This document shows, in pieces, positions 1 to 8,550 of a DNA stretch of 34,275 nucleotides. Both the position numbers and the translations under genes were made by a program. This DNA comes from Methanobrevibacter sp. (GTDB lineage Archaea > Methanobacteriota > Methanobacteria > Methanobacteriales > Methanobacteriaceae). Position 1 is the stretch's first letter; each line of letters begins with the position of its first letter. Below the pieces are notes generated by a model. That model saw only the letters and a list, made by a program, of their open reading frames with translations. It made no database searches and was not told the origin of the DNA. The DNA is taken from NCBI GenBank assembly GCA_045590695.1, contig JAZNRM010000321.1:1-34275 (forward strand), read 5' to 3'.

Positions 1-53
1 ATGTTGATAAAAATAATTCCAAGAGAGTTTATGATTGGATAAAAGAGCATTAA
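1..53 (+). CDS. 3' end of an upstream gene, probably a CDP-glycerol glycerophosphotransferase (TagF/TagB family); partial
   Basis: Frame +3 reads VDKNNSKRVYDWIKEH-stop (TAA at 51-53). This resembles the D-x-N-N-[SC]-x-R-[VI]-Y C-terminal helix of TagF-family proteins and fits the downstream tagD/gpsA/licD context. Only 16 codons are visible. Confidence 0.45.
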   Translation, partial: VDKNNSKRVYDWIKEH

Positions 54-103
54 ATATTATTTAATGAAGATTCATATTTTTTTAATTCAATGCAAGTGGT
101 AAT

Positions 104-1186
104 ATGTATAAGGAAAGAATTAATTATTATGATACATTAAGAACTTTAGCTATTTTAGGCATTATTTCAACTCATGTTTTTCAAAGATGGCCTAATGCCG
201 CTGTTTTAGGAATTAACATTTATAGCTTTATAGAAATAACTAGGTTCGCTGTTCCTATTTTCTTAATGTTAAGCGGAGCTCTATTACTCAATAGGCCAAT
301 GACAATCAAGGAGTTTCTTAAAAAAAGATTCCCTAGATTGACTTATCCTTTCATTTTTTACATGATATTGTATGTGGTTATTCTAGCAATATTGGCCAAT
401 GCTTTGGTTGGTTTTGAAGGATTGTATAATTTTTTCCAGTATGTGCCTTTTTGTTATAATTGGTATTTTTGGATGATTGCGGCTGTATATTTATCCATAC
501 CTATTATAGATAAATTTATTCAAAATTCCAATATAAAAGAGATTGAATATTTTGTTGCAATTTGTCTTATTGGTTCTTTATTCTATCAAATTACATATTA
601 TTTCAATATTACTCACTTTATTAACTTAAACTTCTTTGTTGGTCCTTTAGCTTATATTGTGATAGGATATTATCTTTCAGTAAAATCATTCAAATATGAC
701 AATAACAAAATTGTAGGTTTTGCTTTTTTAATAGTTATTTTATTGACTATTTTGAAAATAAGTGGCCATTTAGGATTAGTTCCATACCATTTATTATGTA
801 ATTATGAAGCTGCAAAATCATCAATTGTATTTTCTTACTTGGATTTGGGATTTATTGAAATGCTTAGATCAATGGCATTCTTTATTTTATTTAAATATCT
901 ATATCAATCCTCTTCAGGTGTCTTTTCTAAAGTTAAGAAATTTTTAGAAAATAAAACAATTCTATCATTCAATAAGTCTGTAAGCAAAGCTAGTTATGGT
1001 ATGTATTTATTCCATCATACATTGATTGAACCTCTTATAATTATAGCACCTCAATTAATATTGACAGGAACCGAAACAGCATTGTTAATTGTTTTATTGA
1101 GTTTGGGAGTGTTCTTCATCAGTTGGATTGTTGTGCTAATAATTAATAGAATACCTATTATTAAGGATTTTTCAGGTTATCATTAA
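104..1186 (+). CDS. Acyltransferase-3 family membrane O-acyltransferase (WecH/OafA-like, surface polysaccharide)
   Basis: RINYYDTLRTLAILGIISTH, RFAVPIFLMLSGALLL, WYFW and SYGMYLFH motifs; about 10 hydrophobic segments. Confidence 0.88.
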   Translation: MYKERINYYDTLRTLAILGIISTHVFQRWPNAAVLGINIYSFIEITRFAVPIFLMLSGALLLNRPMTIKEFLKKRFPRLTYPFIFYMILYVVILAILANALVGFEGLYNFFQYVPFCYNWYFWMIAAVYLSIPIIDKFIQNSNIKEIEYFVAICLIGSLFYQITYYFNITHFINLNFFVGPLAYIVIGYYLSVKSFKYDNNKIVGFAFLIVILLTILKISGHLGLVPYHLLCNYEAAKSSIVFSYLDLGFIEMLRSMAFFILFKYLYQSSSGVFSKVKKFLENKTILSFNKSVSKASYGMYLFHHTLIEPLIIIAPQLILTGTETALLIVLLSLGVFFISWIVVLIINRIPIIKDFSGYH

Positions 1187-1241
1187 ATAAAATTTTATTC
1201 AATAAAAAAAACAAATATTAATTTAGTGGTGGTGTTTTAAA

Positions 1242-2033
1242 ATGATTATTCAATGCAAAGACCAAGATATAGAAACAGTTTTTGACTATATTGGAGAAGA
1301 TTACGGAAAATGCTTATATATTTTCATTGACTTAAAGAAATTCGGACTTGATGATGAGAATTTTGATGTCTGGATTCAATACAGTAAAGAGGGCTCCATT
1401 TGTGCTATAATCAGTGAATACTTTGGAGGTATCCAGATATACAGCAGAGAAGAGAACCTTATTTTAGAGGAAATAGCTGATTTCATCAAGGAAAAGGACA
1501 CTCATGTTCTATTTGCAATCAAGCCAATCATTGATAGGCTCAAGCCATTCCTTCCAGGATATGAACAGGAAACAGGCACTGTCGGAGAACTTATGGAATT
1601 GAAATATCCTCCTAATCCTAAGGCATACTCTGCCCCTATGGAAGAGCTTGCTGAAATCGTTAAGATAGTTGCAGACGATGAAGGAATCGGAAAGCCTTAC
1701 GGTTACGATTCATTGTATGAGCAATACACCCAAAGAAAAGAAGAGAATTTCGGCCGTAATTTTGTTTTGCGTGATGAGGAAACCAATGACATCATCTGTC
1801 ATGCAGGAACATATGCAGAGCTTCCTGAATTGGCTGTTATTGGTGGTGTAATTACCGCTCCTGCTTACAGAGGAAAAGGATTTTCCAAGGAAACATTGTC
1901 TTCCCTTTGTGAAGATCTCTTAAGTGAAAACAAAAGAATCTTTTCATTCTTCTATATTCCATCTGCAGAGCATATGCATTATGGTGTAGGATTTGAAAAA
2001 ATAGAGGATTGGTCTAAATTGTTTAAAGATTAA
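1242..2033 (+). CDS. GNAT-family N-acetyltransferase (C-terminal FR47-like GNAT domain)
   Basis: Acetyl-CoA motif A GGVITAPAYRGKGFS followed by AEHMHYGVGF; GGTGGTG RBS upstream. Confidence 0.8.
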   Translation: MIIQCKDQDIETVFDYIGEDYGKCLYIFIDLKKFGLDDENFDVWIQYSKEGSICAIISEYFGGIQIYSREENLILEEIADFIKEKDTHVLFAIKPIIDRLKPFLPGYEQETGTVGELMELKYPPNPKAYSAPMEELAEIVKIVADDEGIGKPYGYDSLYEQYTQRKEENFGRNFVLRDEETNDIICHAGTYAELPELAVIGGVITAPAYRGKGFSKETLSSLCEDLLSENKRIFSFFYIPSAEHMHYGVGFEKIEDWSKLFKD

Positions 2034-2066
2034 TCCTATTTTTAAATTAATTTTTTTTATTTTTTT

Positions 2067-3269
2067 CTATTCAACAAAATATTCTTTCTTCTCTATTCTT
2101 TTTATTTCATCAACCAATTTCTGTTCCCCTCTTTTTATCAAGACTCTTTCTATCAAATCGTCTGTTTTAGGGTCTATTGAAAATGTCATTCCTACTTTGG
2201 AATATGTTCTGAGATTAGCAATGGCTGGACTTAACTCTTCATAGAGCTCTTCAAGTTCTAGTTCATTGTTTAAGTCATATTTCAACAATTCATCAGTTTT
2301 TTCCTTAAACATGTCCTGTAAAAATATTTGTCTATCGGTCATTTGAACCAATTTCCAAACATTGTCAATTGCTATCTTTTCGTTATATGCTTTCAATCTT
2401 CCCCACATGACTTCTTCACGGGTGGCTTTAGCCTCTTTAATGATATCTCCAACTTCTCCCATTATTTCCTTATAACTCACTTCTGTATCTAGAATAACAC
2501 GCATATTCTGTCCTTTAGGTATGATTTTCCTTTCCTTGAAATCTTCCCCATAGACTTCGCTGAAGTATGCATCTATATCCTTTGGAACGCATAGGCTTAT
2601 TCCATCAAATTCAAGTCTTCCAATTTCCTTTAGGGTATTGGCTTCAATTCCTCTATTGATGAAAGCGACTCTTGAATAATTTTGGATATCTTCCCATTTA
2701 TCAATGAATGTGTTGCTTTTTAACTTGTTATAGTAGCGTTTTGATCCGCCAGTGAGTTCATAAGCTCCGTTAATTGCCTTAAGTCCACCTTTTACAAACC
2801 AGAATTTCCTGTTTTCAATGGTCTTATTCATGAATTCACGAGCTTTTTTCTCCTTTGACAATCTTGGAGTGTATCCTATAATTCTTTTTCCGTCGAGAGC
2901 TACGGTTTTACGGATAGGATAGATACGAATATTGATTCCATGGTGCTTGTTCTTATTTCTGGCAATCATATGGAATTCTGCTGTATTCTCGTTTCCATAT
3001 GTTACATATAATGGAAGATAATTTGGATTATTGAATATCCCTTCAATATAACGGTCTTTTCTGTTTTCCTTTTCCACAATCTCACAAAAGCGATCGATAT
3101 CCCCTTGTGTCATAGCAAGGCTGACAATCCTATTGTCTTTTTTGATTGTATGATTAAGGTAAGCGTTTAAGGCACTAATTCCAGCAAATATGTACTTCAA
3201 ATTGTTCTGTGAGCAAATTTCATCGACTTCTTGAAGCAATTCTAATTGAATTTCCTGTTTTGTTTTCAT
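2067..3269 (-). CDS. LicD-like protein with degenerate active site
   Basis: The LicD N-terminus (QLELLQEVDEICSQNNLKYIFAG) and the PKDIDAYFSEVYG motif are present. The PWDDDID motif is replaced by KKDNRIVS and the IDIFPLD strand by IRIYPIR. Confidence 0.7.
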   Translation of the reverse strand: MKTKQEIQLELLQEVDEICSQNNLKYIFAGISALNAYLNHTIKKDNRIVSLAMTQGDIDRFCEIVEKENRKDRYIEGIFNNPNYLPLYVTYGNENTAEFHMIARNKNKHHGINIRIYPIRKTVALDGKRIIGYTPRLSKEKKAREFMNKTIENRKFWFVKGGLKAINGAYELTGGSKRYYNKLKSNTFIDKWEDIQNYSRVAFINRGIEANTLKEIGRLEFDGISLCVPKDIDAYFSEVYGEDFKERKIIPKGQNMRVILDTEVSYKEIMGEVGDIIKEAKATREEVMWGRLKAYNEKIAIDNVWKLVQMTDRQIFLQDMFKEKTDELLKYDLNNELELEELYEELSPAIANLRTYSKVGMTFSIDPKTDDLIERVLIKRGEQKLVDEIKRIEKKEYFVE

Positions 3270-3285
3270 TATTTATCCCCTTTAA

Positions 3286-4950
3286 TCAGTCTTCTCCACT
3301 TAATTCCTTAATTAACTCACGTTCAATGTCCATACGGCTATATCCGCATTCATCCTCTACCTTTTGCCAAATCAAACCGTTTCTGGTATTGTCAACGGAT
3401 TTCTTATATAATTCCATTGCCTTATCATCTTCACCAAGTTCTGACTTTGCCTTTGCTTGAGTAGCCATTATCTCTCCATCAAATGGATATAAGCTTAATG
3501 CCTCATCACATAGATTGTCAATTGATTTGTAATCTTCAGCAGTTTCTGCATTGCTTTCCATAAGCCAGATTTTTGCCCTATAGATGTCAATCAAATCAGG
3601 ATATTCCTCTTCATATTTGGCAATCAATGATTGAACCAATTCATCATCCTTCTTGTCATATCTGGCTATTGACAATTCTCTTGCAATATCGCAGATTTCT
3701 TCAATCTTATCGAATTCCTCACCAAGAGGTTCATCTTCTGCTTTTCTAACGCTTAGGAACTTGTTGACATTGTAGTATTGGCCCTGTTCAATCAAGCTGA
3801 ACAATGCTGTTGCAAGATTCTTGTCTGAAATAGGAACCTTGATGTTGTATCTTCTGACATCTGCAATGGATTGCAGTTTGATGTATTCCTTGAATTCATC
3901 ATTCAAAGCGTTATAATCTTTATTTTCCAATAATTCGCGCAAGTAATCTTCTTTTCCTTCCAATTTTTCAATGACATGTCTGGATTCAACCTTCACTTTT
4001 GCCTTTGCAACTAGCATATCCACTTTTCTACGGTTATAGTAGACTTCAGCATTGTTCCTTTTATTCTTCTTGTATTTTCTAAACACTTTCTCACGGTTGA
4101 TCTTGCCGACATAGCGTTTGGTGTATTCCTCAAATGGAATTTCATTCTTAAGCCCATTGTGTGATACTTGCTCTTCATAAACTGGAATGTACATCCAGCT
4201 GTCACCATATGCAGTTCTAAGGATGCCTTCAGTATTGTATCCTATAGGGAACTCGCCATCTTCGAATTTTCCAAGCTCAATGTTTTTGAAGTGCTTCTTG
4301 TTGTAGATATAGTTCTTGATTCCCCAGTGCATGCAGTATTCATCGCATTCCTCATCTGTATATGACTTCAATTTATCTTCAAGTTCATTCAGGACTTTCT
4401 CTTCACCTTCCTTATCAACCCTTTTGCAGTATTTCTTATACAATGCATAGTGCTTTTCCCAGTCATCAAGAGAGGTGTTTTTATTCACTATAAAGTAAGG
4501 GGAAAGCAATTCGGTGTAGATTTCAAGGGTTTCGAGATACTTTTCCCTTTCCTTCTCATCTCTTGGTATCAAGTCAAAGATGAAGAGCTCAAGGTGCTGG
4601 CCACATGCCTTTGCAGTGAAGGCTTGGGAGATGTAAATGTTTGTGGATGTTGTGTCAACATATCTTGGGAGTGGATTGCAATAGTAGGGAGTGTTTTCCT
4701 TATAGACAAAAGATCTTCCTTCAGGCAAGACATTCTCTTCTGTTTCAAGCACATATCTCAATTTGTTCCAGTTATCTCTTGTAATGTATAAGTCTATATC
4801 GTCATCCCATGGCATGAAGCTGCGGTTTCTGACGGCACCTAATGATGCACCTGCAGCAAGGAGATATTCCACATCATATTTCCTGCAGAGTTCATCAAAT
4901 TCAACCAATAGCTGATATAGATTGCTCTGTAAAGTGTTCATTTTACTCAA
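3286..4950 (-). CDS. LicD-family phosphotransferase with helical/TPR-like C-terminal extension
   Basis: GASLGAVRNRSFMPWDDDIDLYITRD canonical LicD motif and LRTAYGDSWM; C-terminal TPR-like helices (DEALSLYPFDGEIMATQAKAKSELGEDDKAMELYKKS). TTG start at 4950 with GGGAG upstream; alternative ATG at 4941. Confidence 0.88.
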   Translation of the reverse strand: MSKMNTLQSNLYQLLVEFDELCRKYDVEYLLAAGASLGAVRNRSFMPWDDDIDLYITRDNWNKLRYVLETEENVLPEGRSFVYKENTPYYCNPLPRYVDTTSTNIYISQAFTAKACGQHLELFIFDLIPRDEKEREKYLETLEIYTELLSPYFIVNKNTSLDDWEKHYALYKKYCKRVDKEGEEKVLNELEDKLKSYTDEECDEYCMHWGIKNYIYNKKHFKNIELGKFEDGEFPIGYNTEGILRTAYGDSWMYIPVYEEQVSHNGLKNEIPFEEYTKRYVGKINREKVFRKYKKNKRNNAEVYYNRRKVDMLVAKAKVKVESRHVIEKLEGKEDYLRELLENKDYNALNDEFKEYIKLQSIADVRRYNIKVPISDKNLATALFSLIEQGQYYNVNKFLSVRKAEDEPLGEEFDKIEEICDIARELSIARYDKKDDELVQSLIAKYEEEYPDLIDIYRAKIWLMESNAETAEDYKSIDNLCDEALSLYPFDGEIMATQAKAKSELGEDDKAMELYKKSVDNTRNGLIWQKVEDECGYSRMDIERELIKELSGED

Positions 4951-4990
4951 TTGAATTCGCTCCCAATTTTAATCATTTAACATATGTCAA

Positions 4991-6058
4991 TCATTTAGCA
5001 TTAATTATCTCTTCAATAGCTGAGACCAGTTCTTCTGTATCCTCAATGGAATGGTTACCTACATGAGCAACCCTAAACATCTTTTTTGCATTGTCTCCAC
5101 CACTTGGATTGACTGTGAATCCATACTTGTCAATGAGTTCCCTGTACACTACATCAGCGTTTTCATCTGGAAATATCACTGGAGTGACAGCATTTGACAA
5201 TGGGTAGCTTGGGTAATCCAAACCGATTTCCTTGATTCTTTTTCTAAAGTAAACAGCTATTTCATGAGTGTCATTGATAATGTTTTCAATTCCCCTTTCT
5301 TCAAAGCGTTTTACGATATCTTCAAGTTCAATGATAACCCTAACAGCTGGAGTGAATGGGGTTTGGCCTCTTTCACCGTTCTTTAAGTAATCCTTATAGT
5401 CAAAATAGATGGATTTGGAATCAATTCCCTCAACTCTTTTCAACATTCTTTCACTTAATGCAACAACAGAAAGACCTGGTGCCAATGACAATGCCTTTTG
5501 AGAGCTTAGGATCACTGCATCGATTCCATATTTGTCCATGTTGACTTCATCTGCTAGGAATGCACTGATTGCATCTACAACCAAGACCAAATCCTTTTCC
5601 TTACAGAGTTCAGAGAGCATTTCAATGTCATACAATTGTCCAATTGAGGTTTCATCCAAGTTTACAAGCAAACCTGTAAATTCCTCATCTCCCATCACTT
5701 CATCAATCATTTCTCTTGTGAGGGTCTCTCCTTGCTCTACCTCTACAACCTTATGAGGGATTTCATGAACTTCACAAATTTGTACAAAACGGTTTCCAAA
5801 GGAACCTCCGTTTATGACTATTAAGTTGTCTTCCTTTGTAAAGCAGTTCATTACAGTTGCTTCCATAGCACCGGTTCCTGAACAGGTCAATAGTATAATT
5901 TCACCTTTTTCATTGAAAAGCAATCTTTTCAATCCAGCGCTTGCGGAAAAAACCACTTGTGAAAATTCATCATTTCTGAAGTAAGGGACTTGCTTTCCAC
6001 CAATTTCCAATGTTTCCTCAAACATTTCTACAGGTCCAATTGCAAACAATTTACTCAT
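4991..6058 (-). CDS. PLP-dependent class V aminotransferase (serine-pyruvate / 2-aminoethylphosphonate aminotransferase-like)
   Basis: SGTGAMEA, ETSIG, VDAISAF, SSQKALSLAPGLS (Schiff-base Lys), QTPFTP and FRVAHVG motifs. Confidence 0.88.
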   Translation of the reverse strand: MSKLFAIGPVEMFEETLEIGGKQVPYFRNDEFSQVVFSASAGLKRLLFNEKGEIILLTCSGTGAMEATVMNCFTKEDNLIVINGGSFGNRFVQICEVHEIPHKVVEVEQGETLTREMIDEVMGDEEFTGLLVNLDETSIGQLYDIEMLSELCKEKDLVLVVDAISAFLADEVNMDKYGIDAVILSSQKALSLAPGLSVVALSERMLKRVEGIDSKSIYFDYKDYLKNGERGQTPFTPAVRVIIELEDIVKRFEERGIENIINDTHEIAVYFRKRIKEIGLDYPSYPLSNAVTPVIFPDENADVVYRELIDKYGFTVNPSGGDNAKKMFRVAHVGNHSIEDTEELVSAIEEIINAK

Positions 6059-6119
6059 AATCTCTCTCCTAAACTCTTTTTTATAATAATATCAGTATTC
6101 ATCAGTTTGATTTAATTAT

Positions 6120-7424
6120 TTAATTTTCAGCCTTCTTCACTTGCTCTAATATCTTAACTATATTGAAGGATTCATCCTCAAATATGCTTTTGGAATCAGT
6201 ACGATTTCTTGATAGCATTCTTGACATTGCTCTTATTAGGTATTTGAAACCGTTTCCTTCAAAGTTTGTATTATATATCTGGACTTCCTTAGATCCAGGG
6301 GTATGGAGCTCAAAGCTCTTGCTTCTCCACCAGGCTCCTTTCATCCTGATTGTTCCCTTTGTTCCAATGATTTCCAATTGGTTGTCTACACGTATCTCGT
6401 TTCCGACGTTGATGACAGCTCTTCCGTTAGGATAGACAAAGTTCATGGATGCGAATTCGATATTCTCTCCATCCTTTTTAACCTGGAAGTCTGCCTTTTC
6501 CCAATCTGAACCCATTATCTTAAGCATAGGCAATATTGCAATGGAGCTTAAGTCATAGAAAAGGTTGGAACGGCTTGCATCATTTTTTGAAATGGAACAG
6601 TTGAAGCTCAATATGTCTCCAATCAATCCTCCTTGTGTCATCCAAAGAAGCTGGTTGAATACATAGATGTGAACCATCTTGATGTTTTCCATCAATATGA
6701 GGTTCTTTTCCTTAGCAAGGTTCATAAGCTCTTCCAACTCACTTGTCTTGAAGGTTGCTGGAGGGTCATATATGACATGCTTACCTAATTTCAATGCTCT
6801 TTTGATGAAATTGAATCTTTTTTCTATGGAACAGCGGATGTAAACAATATCTGAGGACTCGATAAGTTCATTATAATCATCAAAGACATTAGGAAGGGAA
6901 TACTTTTTCTGGAATAGGTTCAATTCCTCTTCATTGTCACAATAGACATTCTTCACTTCAAAACCATTTACCAACTTGGCTTCATTCACTATTTGATTGT
7001 CATCTGCAAAGTCACAGATTATTCCAATGTCATATTGGTCGAATTTCTCTTCCCTGATTTGTGTGCTTGATATTCCTTTTGTTCTTTCAAGGTAAATCAT
7101 ATCACAATATCTGGACAAATGATCGAATTTTCCTCTCCAGTCATCACCGATTACAAATGCGTCAATATCGTATTTTATGATATCTCCTATCTTCTGTCCA
7201 AGATATTCCTCAACGATGATCTCATCTGCAAATCCAGTGTTCACCACATTTTCAATTCTTGTTGCAAGTGAATCATGAACATTCAGCTTTCCACGGCCAA
7301 TGTCATAGTTTTCACCAGTGACACCAACAACCAAATAGTCTCCATGTTCCTTTGCTCTTTTTAAAATGTTATAGTGTCCTATATGAAATAAATCAAATGT
7401 TCCATATGTGATAATCTTTTTCAT
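6120..7424 (-). CDS. Glycerol-3-phosphate cytidylyltransferase (TagD-like) fused to a Gfo/Idh/MocA-like oxidoreductase domain
   Basis: N-terminal ITYGTFDLFHIGH, GDDWRGKFD and RTKGISST are TagD signatures. The C-terminal ~300 aa follow the Gfo/Idh/MocA layout (DIVYI...ALKLGKHVI...ELEELMNLAKEKNLILME...IIGTKGTI). Confidence 0.85.
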   Translation of the reverse strand: MKKIITYGTFDLFHIGHYNILKRAKEHGDYLVVGVTGENYDIGRGKLNVHDSLATRIENVVNTGFADEIIVEEYLGQKIGDIIKYDIDAFVIGDDWRGKFDHLSRYCDMIYLERTKGISSTQIREEKFDQYDIGIICDFADDNQIVNEAKLVNGFEVKNVYCDNEEELNLFQKKYSLPNVFDDYNELIESSDIVYIRCSIEKRFNFIKRALKLGKHVIYDPPATFKTSELEELMNLAKEKNLILMENIKMVHIYVFNQLLWMTQGGLIGDILSFNCSISKNDASRSNLFYDLSSIAILPMLKIMGSDWEKADFQVKKDGENIEFASMNFVYPNGRAVINVGNEIRVDNQLEIIGTKGTIRMKGAWWRSKSFELHTPGSKEVQIYNTNFEGNGFKYLIRAMSRMLSRNRTDSKSIFEDESFNIVKILEQVKKAEN

Positions 7425-7494
7425 AGTAAGTCCTCTTTTATTTGATTTTAATAATTAATAAGCATGAATATAAATAAATTGATTAATTCACTGA

Positions 7495-8466
7495 TTAATC
7501 TTCAATTCTTTCCCATAGTTTTCTGAAAGCCATTTTAGGCCTTATTTGGTTTACAACAACATCATAAACAAAATCAACCACTATGCTTTCAGTATCTGTT
7601 TTTTCACAGATGTCCCTTATGGCCTTGATTGATTTCTTTCCTTCAACAACTATTCCGCTTGCATCCTCATCAACAATGATCCTTTGGCCGTAAAGCATTC
7701 CTAAAGTATGATTTCTGCTTTCATTTGAAGTTGATGTAAGCACCAGGTCACCGAAACCGCAGTATTCCTTGACTGTTGAAGGGTTTCCACCAATGGCTTC
7801 AACTATTTTTTGAGTTTCTTCAAATCCTTTTGTCAAGATTGCATACCTTGCATTTTCATTGATGTTCATTCCTTTGCAGATTCCATTAGCTATTGCATTG
7901 ATGTTTTTTATCACACCGCAAATTTCAAGCCCTGCAACATCATCGATTATCTTTACCTTGAATTGGGGAGTTGTCAATGCTTCCTTGACTTTCATAGCAT
8001 TATCCTTATTTTTTGAAGCGATATTTGAAACGGTTTCAAGGTTCAAAACCATTTCAGATGCGAAATTAGGGCCGGATAATGAGACATACTCATCGTTGAA
8101 GTATTCCTCAATAAGATTTCCCATGGTCTTTAGTGAAGGGTATTCTATACCCTTTGCAGTGGATACGAGAATTGTGCTTTCATCTATGAAATCCTTAAGG
8201 CTTTCTAAAGTTTCCCTAAGGGCAGATGATGGAACGGATAAGAAGACAATTTCACAGTCTTTCAAGTCGTTGAAATCCACAGTAGCCATAATGTTTTCAT
8301 TCAATTTGGTATTTGGGTAGTATTCATTGTTGAAGCCGGTTTTATTGATTGTATCTGCCAATTCCTCTCTTCTTAAGTGCAGGCATACCTCTTCCACATT
8401 TTGAGATAGGATTTGTGCAAGGGCTGTTCCTAAACTACCTCCTCCTATTACACCTACTTTTTTCAT
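7495..8466 (-). CDS. gpsA: NAD(P)H-dependent sn-glycerol-3-phosphate dehydrogenase
   Basis: GGGSLGTALA, TAKGIE, LSGPNFASE, GVIKNINAIANG, GFGDLVLT and SRN motifs. Start moved from the ORF-track 8520 to the ATG at 8466, which follows an AGGTGA RBS. Confidence 0.92.
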   Translation of the reverse strand: MKKVGVIGGGSLGTALAQILSQNVEEVCLHLRREELADTINKTGFNNEYYPNTKLNENIMATVDFNDLKDCEIVFLSVPSSALRETLESLKDFIDESTILVSTAKGIEYPSLKTMGNLIEEYFNDEYVSLSGPNFASEMVLNLETVSNIASKNKDNAMKVKEALTTPQFKVKIIDDVAGLEICGVIKNINAIANGICKGMNINENARYAILTKGFEETQKIVEAIGGNPSTVKEYCGFGDLVLTSTSNESRNHTLGMLYGQRIIVDEDASGIVVEGKKSIKAIRDICEKTDTESIVVDFVYDVVVNQIRPKMAFRKLWERIED

Positions 8467-8550
8467 TAAATCACCTAATTTCCATCTATAGAAAATCTCA
8501 TTTCCTATTTGAATCATCAATAAAAAGGATATCTAAAATTTTAATAATAT

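Noticed and set aside
4991-6058. Phosphonate (2-aminoethylphosphonate) biosynthesis cluster
   Set aside because: The aminotransferase is AEP-transaminase-like, but no PEP mutase or phosphonopyruvate decarboxylase is in the window, and the neighbours point to glycerol phosphate chemistry.
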